Source of the DNA: Sphyrna mokarran
Lineage: Eukaryota
Assembly (NCBI GenBank): GCA_024679065.1
Contig: JAGIQG010000005.1
Location: forward strand, 67,642,001 to 67,706,000
DNA length: 64,000 nucleotides
Direction: 5' to 3'
Positions 1-13,279 of the stretch are shown piece after piece. The notes beneath the pieces are model-generated. The model did not search any database. It worked only from the letters and a program-made list of their open reading frames with translations, and was not told the origin of the DNA. The first letter of the stretch is position 1; each line of letters opens with the position of its first letter. The position numbers were made by a program, and so were the translations under genes.

Positions 1-536
1 ATCTTTGCAGTTTCAATGGTTTAGTTGCAATAACCACACGAGAAAAAAAAACAGAGTTTTGTCCATTATTCATTTCCCCAGCACCACCCAAAAATAACCT
101 CTACTTTGTGACATACAGGCTGATGCTTGTTGCAATACAGTGAATGGCGAGGGAGGGAAACTCCAAGTGCCAACAGTCCACATGCTCAATGCAAGTGGAT
201 TGCATATTCATAATGCAGCATTTTAAGTTATTTGGGCTAAGTACAGGGCCAATACACCTGCACAAAAAGAAAACAGACACAAAAACTGGTTCATGACTCA
301 GAAGCAGGGAATCATTTCACAGAAGAATCTCAGGCAGGGAATAGGGAAAGATCAGAGTTAAGAAAGAGAAGCAGATTTCATTTCCAGACAGGAAAATCAC
401 TGCTGGCAAAGGTTCCACTATTTAGGGTTTGGGTAATCTTGAAGAGCTGAAAAGTTCCCTGGTTCCATGCGGAAAGGGGTTAGGACTTGGAAGAAGTCCT
501 GGGAGTCACATATAGAACTGGGTACAAGCCAACCGT

Positions 537-610
537 TAGAAGTCTCACAACATCAGGTTAAAGTCTAACAGGTTTATTTGATAGTAGAAGCTGAGAATTC
601 CTTATCAGGG
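537..610 (-). mobile_element. Penelope-like pseudo-LTR fragment
   Basis: 'agaagtctcacaacatcaggttaaagtctaacaggtttatttg' is nearly identical to 25848-25890 and is the reverse complement of 63416-63450. Both of those adjoin GIY-YIG C-terminal coding remnants. Confidence 0.75.
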
Positions 611-1347
611 GCCAAAAGTTTCAATGTGATTGGCTGAGCACAGCATTTATTGATGTCTGGGCAAGTTGCTGAAAAATCCATAGAATCGATTTTGGTTGCA
701 TCTGCCATACACTGTGGCATCTTCCACCACTGTCTACCTGTTAATTCACATGCACCTCACATTAATACTGTTATACGGAGATTGAAAATTGTTTTATCTT
801 TCTCACTTTGCAGAGTGAAATGTATTTTTGTTTGTTCAAGACATGAAAATTCTTGTGGTATATTCAATCAGCAGATACCTGGAATCTCAAACTTGGTCCA
901 CTTTAAACAAAACATTATTCATCCTAAACCGGATCTTATCAAAGACTGAAGGTTGTTTCAGATTCACAACATGCTCTGATGGACCACTCATGCTTTTTCA
1001 CAGCAGTTCAAAGTTCATAATCACAAATTTTGTCATAAATGCTGCACTCTCCAAGGTAGATCATAAATATCTAATGCAAACAGCACTTCTCTAACAAAAG
1101 ACAGTGCCCTGCACAATTCAACACTTAACCCAATAGAAATTGGATACAAAGTATGTGTAGATCATCAGCAGCCAATTGAAAAGTATTTCTGCAGCAAAAT
1201 GCTCTTCAGTTTTTATTCAAATCTGTACTCCTAGTCACATATCTACCACAGATATGACTGACCAAACACCAAAAATTGAAATACTCCCCTTCGAACCTGC
1301 ACATACAAAAATATAAATAACACTGCACATTTCATTGCACTCCTATT

Positions 1348-1417
1348 GTACTTCATCAACTGTAAAATGCTTTTGAGATGTCTAGAGGTGGTGAAAAGCA
1401 CGATGCAAGTTTTTCTT
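1348..1417 (+). mobile_element. Deu-type SINE (SacSINE1/AmnSINE-like) 3' tail fragment
   Basis: 'gtacttcatcaactgtaaaatgcttttgagatgtctagaggtggtgaaaagcacgatgcaagtttttctt' resembles the L2-derived tail of Deu-SINEs (recognised from memory). Confidence 0.55.
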
Positions 1418-2311
1418 TAATAATTCATTGATTGTTTTCATTGATTACAGCATTCCATTTTCTGCTGCTGTTTTGTATACACCCAAAACAAAACCAGTCG
1501 CACTACTAAAAAGACATTCTTAAAAAAGTCAATTTGGCAACGTGAAATGGAGAATCACATTACTCCTATATTTTTCAGCATAATTAGTGTCATCATCTGA
1601 GCAAACCAATTAGTTGAAGCTGTAAAATTGTCCTTGGCTGCAACTATTACTTAAAGAAACGATGAATATACATAAAACTGCATGATTCAAATAAAATTTG
1701 CCTTTGGCTGCATAAAACTTTTTTACCGCCTCAAGACAGGCGGGCATGAAACTACTATATGTGGAAACTTCAAACATTGTATTATGTATAAAGAGATTTA
1801 TCTTTTATGACTGGCCAATTTCCCTGACGTTGCACATGAGAAGCGAAGACCAAGTGCAGTTTTCAGATGAAAAGGGCCTTGGTATAATTGGACCAGGGGT
1901 GAGCAGGTGGTGTTCAGTCCCTAGTTTGAAGTTATACATTCCATCCTTTTGCCAAAATCCCCTGTAATTTGGGAGTCAAAGCAGTTGAGCAGGTTGTAGC
2001 ACAAACATTTCTTAGCAATGCAGGCAAAGGACCAGGAGATACAAAACAGAGATACTGAAACATAAATACTTGAGAAGGGATTTCATTCCAGCAATTAAAT
2101 GATTGTATAGGTAGCTTTGATTACAAACGTGATCACAAATTTAAAAAAAGTTAATTGCAAGTGTGCACATTTAAGCTGTTTGATGTATTTTATATCGCTC
2201 GTTAATAGTTTGTTCTCAGCCCATATTCAGCTGCATTTTGATTTTTATTAAAGTAAAATCAGGGGATTTGTTCTGTGTATTTTGATTCGATATTCCACCC
2301 ATTTGCTTCTG

Positions 2312-2490
2312 GATTGATTTGATTTATTATCACACATATTACTATACAGTGAAAGGTATTGTTTCTTGCACACTATACACACAAAACACACTGTTTATAG
2401 AGAAGGAATCGAGAGAGTGCAGAATGTAGTGTTACAGTCATAGCTTGGGTGTAGAGAAAAATCAACATAATGCAAAATAGGTCCTTTCAA
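2312..2490 (-). mobile_element. Rex1/Babar-like LINE 3' end
   Basis: Reverse complement of the 3' UTR and (AAATC)n tail of the element at 13460-13650. Confidence 0.65.
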
Positions 2491-2571
2491 CTCGATCCTA
2501 AACTGACCTTAAACCATTCTGATTTCCACACATTATACTTTAAAACTCATATCTTTCACCGCTTCTCCTTT

Positions 2572-2875
2572 CCCCTCTGGATGAAGAGTCTAGAACCAGA
2601 GGACATAAAATAAGGGGGATGCCACTTTGGAGTGAGATGAGAATTTCTTTTACTCAAGAGTATTGTGAATCTTTAGAATTCCTTACCACAAGGGACTGTG
2701 GAAGCTCGAACATGGAGTATGTTTGAAGTGAAGATTAACAGATTTTTAAATGTAATTGATGTAAAGGAATATGGGAGTAGTGTGGGGAAAGAAGACATTG
2801 AAGTGGATAATCAGCCACGATCATATTAAATGGTGCAGCAGCCTCAATGGAGTGAATGGCCTATTCATGGCTCCA
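2572..2875 (+). mobile_element. CR1 LINE 3' end, decayed
   Basis: 'tctagaaccagaggacat...gagatgagaatttctttt...gtgaatctttagaattccttacc' (SRTRGH/RNFF/VVNLWNSLP-like motifs), followed by the CR1 3' UTR 'aatggccta'. Confidence 0.8.
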
Positions 2876-3780
2876 AAGGCATCTCTCCAGCTTCATCCCT
2901 TCCCACAACGCAGCTCAATTTTACCTTATTACCTTAGAATGGTATCTATTTCAATCATGTATTTGAGAAGTGAATAGGATTGGTTACTGATTAAAAAAAA
3001 ATTCTGTGTGTAAGAAGACATTTTTACATTAATTCTTGCTATTGTACCACAAACCAAAGATGCAAGTTTGTGTCTGGGACAGAAGGAGTTTACAGTATAC
3101 AAAACATAATCTTGAATGAAAACATATGCCGGCTTTATTAAATATATAATCTGAATTGATTTTAGGATGCAGTATAGAACTATTTACAGACGTAAATGGC
3201 ATTTTGGCAATTTCCCCCAAACACATATTGGAGAAAGAGAAAGTAATAGGTACTACAAGCAGCTATTTAGAACATAATGTTTTTAATTTGCACTAGTTAC
3301 AAGAAACATTGTGATTCTGTAGTCCCACTGGTTATGATGCCAGCACGTCAGAGGCTGGTGTGTTATTTTGAATAATTTGTTATGACAGTATGTTCCTCCC
3401 AGTGACACAGAAGACACAGCAACAACTGCAGAGTTTGAAAGTCCCAAATGCAAAGTCTTTCTTAGATTTGTTCCTTCTACTGGATTTGCTTCATCATGAG
3501 GGTGAATGCACTGTAAGCAGAGGGTGACGCAAGTTTGGTTGCTGACATTGAGTGCCCTAATGCCCATTTTTAATCATAAACTCATTCAAGTATTGCATAA
3601 AATTATTTTGGTTGTTATTTTAACAAAAATATTGATTTACTCAAAATACATGGCTAATCAAAACAGATGTTCTGCTAAAACAGCAAAGAAATTTTATATC
3701 AATCTACTGAATTATTTATTACTGTTATGCAGAGTATAATTTTAATCCATTTATGTTGTTTAGCCTCCAGGGTTTACTGT

Positions 3781-3836
3781 TTTTCATTCTTTCATGGGAT
3801 GTAGGTGTTACTGGCTGGGGCCTAATTGCCCTTGAG
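3781..3836 (-). mobile_element. L2/CR1-clade LINE 3' terminus fragment
   Basis: 'ttcattctttcatgggatgtaggtgttactggctggg...cctaattgcccttgag' is reverse-complementary to the tail at 50485-50550. Confidence 0.55.
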
Positions 3837-3861
3837 TGTCAAAAATCAATCACGTGTAAAT

Positions 3862-5420
3862 ATAGAAAGTAATGGTAGGAATAAGCCATTCGACCCATTG
3901 AGCCTGCTCTGCTGCACTGATTGTGATCGTGGCTGATCATGCAACTCAGTAATCTGTTTTCTCTTTCCTATATCCACTCATTCCTGTAGCCCCGAGAGCT
4001 ATAACTAACTCTTCTTGAAAGCATACAACGTTTTGGCCTCAACCGTTTTCTGTGTTAGAGAATTCTACAGTTTATCACTTTCTGGATGAAGGAATTTTTC
4101 ATCTCAGTCCTAAATAGTTAATCCCACATCCTCAGACTGTGATCCTTGGTTCTGGATACCCCCACCACCCAGAACACAACCCTCTTGCATTACCTTGTCT
4201 AGTTCTGTTTAAATTTTATAAGTTACTATGAAGTCTCCCTTCATTCTTCCAAATATAATCCTAATTGATTCAATCTTTCCTCATATGTCAGCCCCATCAT
4301 TCCAGGAAGCAGTGTAGTAAATCTTTGCTGCATTTTCTCTATAGCAAGAATATTTTTTTTTATATCAGATACGGAAACCAAAACTGCACACAACATTCCC
4401 GATGTGATTGTACCAAGGCCCTGTATAACTATAGCAAGATATCTCTGCTCTTGTAATCAAATTCTCTCGCTATGAAGCCAACATATCATTTGTCTTCTTT
4501 ACCGTCTATTGTACCTGCATGCTTTCAGCAATTGGTTTATAAGGTCACACGGTCTCATTGCATATTCTCCTCTTTCAATTTACAGCTATTCAGATAATCT
4601 GCCTTTCTGTTTTTGCTCCCAACGTTGATAACCTCACTTATCCATCTTATACTACACCTGCCATGTATTTGCCAACTCAACTTGTGCAAATCACACTGAA
4701 CTATCTCTGCATTCTTCTATAGCTCACCCTCCTACCGAGCTTTGTGTCATTTGCAAATTTGGAGACATTATTTAATTCCCTCTTTTCATTAGCATAAATT
4801 GTGAATAGCTGGGGTCCTAACACTGATCTCTGCAGCGCCCCACTAGTCATTGCCTGTCATTTGGAAAAAGACTCATTATTCCTCCTCTTTGTTTCATGTC
4901 TGCCAACCAGTTTTTTTAATCCATCTCGAAGTACTAACTTCTGTCCTATTATGCACTTCAATTTTACTTGCTAATCTTCACATAGACTTTGTTGAAAGCC
5001 TTCTGAAAGTCCACTGGCTTGTCTTCATCAACTCTTTTAGTTATATCCTCAAAGAATTCAGTAGATGTATCAAGCATGATTTTCCTTTTGTAAATCTATG
5101 CGGACTCTGTCTGACCCTGCCACTGCTTTCCAAGTGCTCTCCTATTACAACTTTTATCATGCATTTTCTTCATTACCAATGTTAGGCTGACTGGTCTATA
5201 ATTCGCTGTTTTCTTTTAAATCATCGGGTTAAATTATTTTCCAATCTGTAGGAGCTGAGTCTGTAGAATCTCAAATGATGACCACCAACGCATCCATTAT
5301 TTCCAGGGCTACTTCCTTGAGTGCCCTGGTATGCAGATTATCAGGCTTTCGGGGCTTATCGGCCTTCAACCCAAATTTCCCTAACCCGATTCCCCTGCTA
5401 ATATTGATTTCCTTCATTTA
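3862..5420 (-). mobile_element. CR1 LINE, 5'-truncated (~1.55 kb of decayed RT ORF plus 3' UTR)
   Basis: The reverse strand shows RT-region remnants ('gtatcaagcatgattttccttt', 'aaagccttctgaaagtcca', 'tttgtgtcatttgcaaattt', 'aaaactgcacacaacattcc') and the CR1 tail 'aggaataagccattcgaccc'. Many stops and indels. Confidence 0.85.
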
Positions 5421-6039
5421 ACTCTCTCTCATCAAACCTGCCTCCCCAGAGAATTGCCTTGGGTCTCTGGAACACTAGTCCAGTGACATTACCAACGTTC
5501 CTGCCTCCCCTCACCCCCCTTTATACTTCCTCCTGCCTTATCACTGAAGGAACTGTAGTTTGCAGCAGGGAAAATGTTGAATAAAATTTTACATTAGATG
5601 AGTGGATTCTTCCCAATCATAAATTCTTACAAAATAGAGGTTTGTTTTTGTAGTTATCTTACTGTTAAAGCAACATACAACTTTGTAACTGACTCCATGC
5701 AGCAAGAAACAGATTATGTGCTTCTGAATCAAAACTTGAGAGTGAGTACCCATCTCCAATTGTCATGCTGCGTGACCCATTCTCTATAAACACTGATATT
5801 GTAAAGAAATCATAAAATTGAGTGAGAGATGGCCCACATTTACTAAATTGTGTCCTGTATCCTAATTTGACAGAAGGAAAGCATTGACTGCATCAATGCA
5901 GCCATCTAAATCCCTTAAATGAAGGAAAAGATTGCCAATAATCCCAAATGGAAATCAGCAGTGTAAATTGTAAAGAGAGATTTTGCTTTTCAATTTTTAA
6001 CAGCTCATGTAGCACAGGTGAACAGTTGTGATAAATGCT

Positions 6040-6260
6040 CGCATTTTTATGGCACGTTTAATGTAGAAAGAGTGCTTTTACAACAGACAAGTGTTGACAT
6101 CCATGGTGGAGGAGATATGAAGGGGGCCAGAGGTTGGCTGAAAGCTTAATCAAGGAAATTAATTTTAAGGAGGATATTAATGTAGTAGTAAGAAGTGGAC
6201 ACACACACACATGGGCCTTTAAGGATAAAATCCCAGATATTACAGCCTAAACTGTCCAAA
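6040..6260 (-). mobile_element. L2 LINE 3' end, old
   Basis: 'gcatttttatggcacgtttaatgtag...ggagatat...aaagcttaatcaaggaaattaattttaaggaggatattaa' resembles the reverse complement of an L2 terminus. Confidence 0.5.
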
Positions 6261-7757
6261 ACATAGCTGCAAATAAGAGGGGGGTGATGTGGATGGGAAT
6301 GGGAACAGGCGGCCAGAGAGGGGGAGGAGGATATGATATTGGTATATGATATTATGATATGTGATATTATGCAAGGAATATACTGGAATTTCGTTACTTT
6401 GATTTGATTGTATTTTAGCAAAACCATTCAAAACTGAAATTTATTCAGAGAGAACCCTGCCAGAAAAATGAAATCAAACATGAGACAGAAAGATTTAAAG
6501 GAGGTCAGCTCATGTGCAAAAATGAGATAAAAATCATTCTTATTCATCAACCTGAATTTGCTGGTTGATGTTGAGTTCTGGCAAAATTATCACTTTGGCA
6601 TTTTTTACTTCATTGGACTGACTGACTATAACAAAATATAATTTTGTTACCTGTGCACCCAGAGCAAATATTAACTTATTCTAACTTCTGATTGAATTTG
6701 TTCAATTCAGACGATTTATCTGGATGCAGAGTGCTACTGATAGCCACATTTTTAATTAGATTGCATTTTTGCCTCCATGAGAAATAAGTTCAAATTTTGA
6801 TTCAACATACCATTCTTCTCACTGTTTTGTGTGGAATTTCTTCCAAATTACAACGAAGGGATTCGAAACCAAGAATAGAAAGCTTACCCAAGGGAAGAGT
6901 CACATAATTTGGAATAAATTCCTGATGCTCCTGTTCTATACTCAGAGGGAAAATCAAACATTCAACTTCGCTGGTGCTGTCCATCTGTGCTGAAAAACTC
7001 AGCAAGTTAACCATGGCAACTACCACTGTCTTGGCAACCAGCTGCACCGTACAATCACAGCAATACAGCACATTTAGAATGAAAGGCAAAGACAACAGGA
7101 GGCTACGGTAGGCAACAATTGCTTGCTGGAAGATTCTTTACTCTGTTCAGTTAACAACTTTAGGCACCAACTAGTCCATTTAAAGCATATAAAACTCACC
7201 TGGGAAACAATATCATTGTCTCAATACCAAAATTCACAGAACATCCATGAGAGGTGGCCTATATTTTAAATTAGGATAGAGTTAAGCCCTTTTCAGCAAA
7301 TTCTGAGAAAACAGAACTTTCTTTAAAGGATGAGAAACATGGCCCATGTTTTTCCATAGTGTAACTGCAGGACATTAGTACAGCCTCATGAATGAAATAA
7401 AACAATGCCATATTAATTTTTAAAAATTGTCACGTTAACTAATGCATTGATGAATTCAATAGAGAACTATTCACATCGTAATATTTCAACAGATTAGCTG
7501 TTTTTTTTGAGAAGTCTTAAATGTGATCAGCTATTTAACCTGCTGTGCTGCTGAATGTCACAGAATCTGCATGGATAACACTGGAATGAAAAGATTGTTG
7601 GAAAACTTAAAATCCACACCACTGAGGTAGCTAAACCTTTGTGGGAATATTTTAAGGTCAGTAACAAGTATCATAACTTTGCTAATGATGGCAAAAATGT
7701 TTTCTTGTGATATTGTGGTTACAAAACTAAATGTAAAGAAATTGTTCAATCAAGAAC

Positions 7758-7876
7758 GGGGTGCAATTCTCTGATTTTGTCTGCGCCCGCGCCCGCCCCC
7801 GCTGAAAGTGAGAGTGGAGAATTTGGTATTCCAGAAAAACTCAATTAACTTTCAGTAGCACCAAAGAATTCCAGCC
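7758..7876. mobile_element. Short MITE-like element with imperfect TIRs
   Basis: Ends 'ggggtgcaattct' and 'agaattccagcc' are imperfect inverted repeats. GC/CpG-rich core in AT-rich DNA. Same terminal style as 30821-31613 and 48340-48821. Confidence 0.45.
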
Positions 7877-9380
7877 ATAAATGAGGATGAAAGTTTTCGG
7901 CTGTGGACTATAACACAAGTTGGCTGCTGATGAGTTCCATCTGAGACTGTCACGATGGCCAAATGAACGCTTTTATTGTTGGAACCACGCAGAAGCTGTG
8001 ATGCTCCAGAGAAAAATTGACCAATTTTTGCAGATGATGAGCGCAATGAATGTCAGTCTGAGATCCGGTGAGAGCGAACATCAAACTATACACCTTCACC
8101 ATATCAATGCACTGCAACCAGGGTTCTAACATAGTCAACAACTGCAGATCACTGAGGTGAACCTCCAAATTAGCTTGTTTACATAATTATGCCTCTTTCA
8201 GGAACCATATAAAAACAGAATGGGTTGCAATTTCATCATTAATTAAAGCATAAATTGCAATGAAAGGTTAACTTTGCAAATAATTACTGCTCCTCATATA
8301 TCATTCTCCTTTTTCAAAATCATCTTCAGTCTGATCAAAAAAAAATGCATTTGATTCATCAGTCCTCGCAAACTATTGCCTTATCTCCACCTTACCTTGG
8401 AACATTTTATCACTTTCTACATTCATGTCTATCTCTCCCTTATTTACATGCTCAGCTCTCTTCAATCAGTTTCCATCTCAACCCATAGCACTGAAACGAT
8501 GCCAACAAACACGACCAACAATATTCATCATTAGTGATCATGGGATATAATTTCTCCTTCACCCCTTTGCTTCTTGTGAGAAAGCTGATCACAACATCTT
8601 GTTCAAAAGCCTCTCCTCTGCTGTTTAACTCAGTGTAATGGCCCTCATTCAGTTTCACTCATATATCTGATTGTACCAGAGCCTGTCTACTGTTTAGGTG
8701 CTAGCAGATAAATTAAATGACATGCTGTCTTGAATAGACCACAATTTTCTTCAGCTGAACTTTGGGAAGACTGAAGTCCTTTTTAACCCATGCCAAAAGC
8801 TCTGCACACTTGCCATATTGCTTTCTCAATTGTTGGACTTATCCTATTCAAGTTTGAATTCAATCACATGATCGCCATAATACTGCCCACTCCTACCCGA
8901 GCTCAACTCCCTGGTGCTTAAGTGCATTTCCTCACCTTTGTCGCCTCCAGAATCATCTAACATGCCAATGCTCTTGCAGCCAATCTCTATCCTCCAGAAA
9001 ACATCTAACACTCTTGTTATTTCTTTTTACACATCCTTGAAGTGTCATGAAACATTTTTCTTCAACATTAAAGATTATTGAAAATTCCAAAACTCCAGCA
9101 CAAATGTATTTTTAAATATAGCCAATCTGATACTCGTCCCTAACCTTAATAATACCCCAGAAAATCAAACTAACCTGCATAAACGTGCCTGCAATTAATC
9201 ATTTCCCCACAAATTAAGATGCCATCTTTTTTCTAACCAAGATGCATTTTGCAGAGTGCTGTAAGAGCTGCACTAATAAATGAATGCATTTTTTAATTCA
9301 TAGAACATAAGTGAAAGTTTGCATTATGTAAACAAATTTTGCACTGTAATCACAGCAACCACATGAAATATAATTATTAC

Positions 9381-9680
9381 CATCTTCATCTGTTTGAATG
9401 ACAACCTCTTCACTCTCCTTCCTTCCTTCTGGATTTGTCAGAATCATCTTGATACTGATGTTTGTATAAGGTGGCAGGTGTTGAATAATAAGCTGAGGTG
9501 CTTTTTGATCCATTTCCATGCACTCTGCTTTGCTTTGGTTGTGACCGAAATAATGGTAGCACACTGTGACGTTGAATGTATGACACCTTGTGACATTGTA
9601 GCCCAAAGACTCCAATTCAACAGCAAGTTGTCTGGCATGTATCTCTGCAATTTTCAGGCTTTTTGGTGACCTCATTGGTT
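9381..9680 (-). CDS. PTPRK: Internal coding exon of receptor-type tyrosine-protein phosphatase kappa (fibronectin type III repeat; corresponds to human exon 8)
   Basis: Translation (E)[99 protein letters not shown](V) closely matches PTPRK as recalled ([44 protein letters not shown]...[24 protein letters not shown]). Acceptor 'ttattttccctgaatag|AACCAATG' (AG at 9682-9681) and donor 'GAAGATG|gtaataat' (GT at 9380-9379). 300 bp, phase 1-1. Confidence 0.95.
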
Positions 9681-10231
9681 CTATTCAGGGAAAATAAGAA
9701 ACAATTTTATAAATTGTAGATTGACATAAATTAAAATATTTTCACTATTGTAACATCTAACATACATTTTAACTGGCAAACGTAAAAATAAACTTAATCC
9801 TAGAAGCTGCTGAAGAAAGTCTTCTCCGAGAATCTCAGCAACTTGCTTGCACCCATAACAAAAACAGGAAAATATAAGGAAGCAATTTATCTAGAGGGAA
9901 ATGTATAAATCATAAAAATTATTCTTTCATCTGGTCTTTCCAGCACACAATGGTTCTAACAGACAAAGAACCTTGTGTAAGCATGTTCCCCATGAATGTT
10001 ACTTCCCACTGGACTGCCAGATTGAAGAATTACTATTATTGCATTTGAACATCTCATTAACAGACTGTAGTGACTTTGAAATTTGGAATTGTGCAGCTAA
10101 ACAGAATAGAATGGAATCAAACCCAAAGTGTTTTTCAATGAAATTTCATTGTAGAACCAACGTCATTAAGTTTAAAAAGAATGAAGGGGTTAAAATCAGT
10201 AAGGATAGGAGATTTTCCCTAAGAAATTTGT

Positions 10232-11054
10232 TGTGAAGTTTCTATGAAGTTCCCAGAGTTGCAGATGGGCTACACAAACATGCTGAAACAGGGACAAGAG
10301 AATGAGAACTTTGATCAACCACAAGGAGAAAAGCAATAATGACTAAGGTTTTGTCTGCAGGTGTGATGTTTGGAAAGGTTGGCAAGGGAGCACAGTGGTT
10401 AGCACTGCTGCTTCACAGCTCCAGGGACCTAAGTTCGATTCCTGGCTTGGGTCACTGTCTGTGTGGAGTTTGCACATTTTTCTTGTGTGTGTGGGTTTCC
10501 TCTGGGTGTTTCAGTTTCCTCCCACAGTCCAAAGATGTGTGGGTTAGGTTGATTGGCTATGCTAAATTGACTGTAGATGCATATGTTAGAAAGGATTAGT
10601 GGGTAAAATATGTAGCGATTGGGGATAGGGCCTAGGTGGGTTTGTGGTTGGTGCAGACTCAATAGGCTGAAGGGTCTCTCTCTGTACTGTAGGGTTTCTA
10701 TGATTCTATGAGGTAGCCATATAGATGTGCTTCATTAGTAATTGAATATTATAAGGAGACGTGCTTAGAGGTTGTAATTGGTTAACTCTATTCATGGACA
10801 TAATAATTAGTAATTAGAACTATCAGCTGTAATTGGGTTTCAACGATATCAGAACAAAGGTATATTCGTGATTGGTATATGCAAATGATTGGTAAGAAAA
10901 GCAAAGGCATAATTATTGTTGCAATGTATCATACATGAAATCCGTATGTCACTTCGTGGAGGTAGACTTCCCTACTATGCCTTAAATAAAGGTTAATTTA
11001 AACTCCAAAAATCATCAACTGGTCTCTCGAGGAGAATGAGGTTTGAGATAACTC
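10232..11054 (+). mobile_element. Possible solo LTR, interrupted by the HE1 SINE
   Basis: ATTGG/octamer module at 10870-10892, AATAAA at about 10985, and an LTR-like U5 end near 11050. Boundaries uncertain. Confidence 0.3.
10381..10710 (+). mobile_element. HE1-type V-SINE (tRNA-derived), near full length
   Basis: tRNA head with A/B-box-like 'cacagtggttagcactgctgc...aagttcgattcc', V domain 'tgtgtggagtttgcac...gggtttcctc...ttcctcccacagtccaaag', and CR1-derived tail ending 'ttctatgattctatg'. Confidence 0.9.
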
Positions 11055-11369
11055 AATGATGGATAAAGTTCCCTAATAAAGAACTGGGCACAACTATTGC
11101 ATTTTCTTTCCTGTTCAATAAATTTGTGTAAACATTTTGTTTGTGATTTCTTTGCAGCACTTCTACAATGGGCAATGCTATTTGAGTGCGGCTACAACCC
11201 CACGTGCTGTCTGCATTTTCTGTCCCATGCATTATTTTCTGCTTTGATATTATGTTGAAGTTTCAGCTATCATAAAGGAAACTTGTTGTGAAGGTCAAGC
11301 AACACAACTCTAGAACACTGCTTCAGGAATTTGTCATGGTATTGCCTCTGGCTGAAACATCATTAGCTC

Positions 11370-11570
11370 CTCATCAATGTCCTTCCCTCCAAAATGATGT
11401 CAGAAATGACAGTATTTCCGAATTACTCCATAATGTCCAGTACCACTTGCAATTCCTTGGATGCAGAAGAGAGCAATGACCTTCAATGACAGGTCATTGC
11501 TCATATGCAACGATGCCTGGACAATATTCAGGATAGGGCAAATTGGCAAGTAATATCCATACCAAACAAG
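11370..11570 (+). mobile_element. L2/CR1-clade LINE RT fragment
   Basis: 'tcatcaatgtccttccctcc...cctggacaatattcagg...aattggcaagtaatatcc' (FINDLP...DLDNIQ.W...WQV-like). Same family style as 37810-38290. Confidence 0.5.
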
Positions 11571-13279
11571 GACTCAACTAGACATGGCTTTAGGTGGTGC
11601 AGACCTGCCTAGTATCTACAAATATCACTCCACCCCGCCCCATTCCACCGCACCCACCCCCACCATCCCCCGCACTCCCCCCACCCTCCACAATCTTGAC
11701 CTTGCAGGCTGGAAAGAGCAGAACATATCTCATGCCAGTGAACATACATGCTTTGTCGTGCTAGTGAACACGTTTTATCTGTTGCAAGGCTGTCAAAACC
11801 AGATACTCTTATTTGCCTTTAGTCAGAACATAAGAAACTTATAAACACAAATTTGAAACTAATTACTACCCAAGAAAAGTTGAAGTAAGCCAACACATTT
11901 ATTTTTCTGTGTGAGACTGCCAAAATTAATAAGTGCATGGGCTATACCCCTCCATTTGCATTCAATCCGCAGGCATATTTAGTATGGATATATGCCTCAA
12001 ACAGTATGGGATTTCTGATCAAGTCAGGCTAGAAGTTAGTTTTGCTTAAATGAAAATGCATATCATTCAGAAAATTAGCAGCAGGTCTGGGAATATTCCA
12101 TGTATGCCAGCTGATTTCAGATGCTTGTAAACACAGTTGCATCCTGCTAGCATGGTGATGGCCAGATGTCAGCTAATACTGTGATGTCAACTAAAAATCT
12201 GCATCTGCCTATAATTCAGGGGAAAATGGATGACTTTTTAATGGAAATGTGTCAAAGTGGTACTGCATACGTTAGAGCTTTTATGGAGAAGAATAGCAGT
12301 GTAATGAAAATGATAAACAATAATTAATAATTTGCGTCAGTTTTGTAAGTGGCAGTTAAGTTGCACAATTAGTGTAATTAGTACCCAGTATGGCTAGCTG
12401 GCATGATAGATCACAATCCAGATTTTGTTGACTCTTTTCTAGTATGATGTATAGGGCAATTTAGCAGCTTTGAACATTTCACATGCAACAGCTGTGGCGG
12501 CCTCATGCTAGGTCTTTGGCATCTGTCAGCACAGTTTCAAAATGTTTAACGTTGATGGTGCTTTCAATTTGATTTTTTTTCCCCCTTCAGAGCTAATGAA
12601 TCTTGCTGAAGTATATATTAGTATGCTAGAGGCATATTATAAAAATATTTTGAAACTTGATGGAAATTAACTTAAAAAGTGGTAGCTTCTATATAGTTTC
12701 AAAAAAAAAATAATCACAACCATACTGCCATGTTTACTGCAATGTTAGTGCACTCAGATACCATCTTCAAAGGGACTTCTACATTAAAGGGACCCTGTTG
12801 TCAGGAAATTGTTCAATTTTCCAATGCTACCTTATTGGATAGACAATATTTCATAAGTAGCAAACTCATATGTGCCTCGGAGAAATTATTTCTGAGAGTA
12901 ACTTGAGAATTCTAGACATTTATTTTTAAGCAGTCAAGCTAGTTGGATGTAGTAAATGTTCAATCAGTGTTGTACAGTATTTTCACTATGACTTTTCATT
13001 TCTGTATTTCATTTTTATTATAAATTTGGGCTCACATTACTGTCATTGATAAAAATATTACATGCATAGCAAAATTACAGTTCCTACAAGTGATAGTCCA
13101 TATTGGGAATGTTTGACTGTGGAATCAGATCAAGTACTTCATCCTTTTCTTGGAAAGGTGATGATACAAAAAATATTTAATTTTGATACCTGAAGGTTAT
13201 TTAACTTAGCACATGATTACATGGACAGCAACATTTGAATGAACTGAAGTAATGCCTGTGGAAGGTTACAACAATGTAT

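Noticed and set aside
1850-1915. Minus-strand 'PGP' peptide as the next PTPRK exon (VPGPVP...)
   Set aside because: The following residues do not match the expected FN3 sequence and no suitable splice sites were seen. I found no other PTPRK exon in the window by eye.
7926-7955. CTGATGA as a hammerhead core
   Set aside because: No GAAA box or stem I partner at suitable spacing. The same applies to CTGATGA at about 50904 inside the RTE.
9298-9675. 125-aa ORF as a standalone gene
   Set aside because: It is an internal exon. The ATG is an internal Met, and residues after QTDED are read-through past the GT donor at 9380.
10381-10450. tRNA gene
   Set aside because: It is the tRNA-derived head of an HE1 SINE and continues directly into the V domain.
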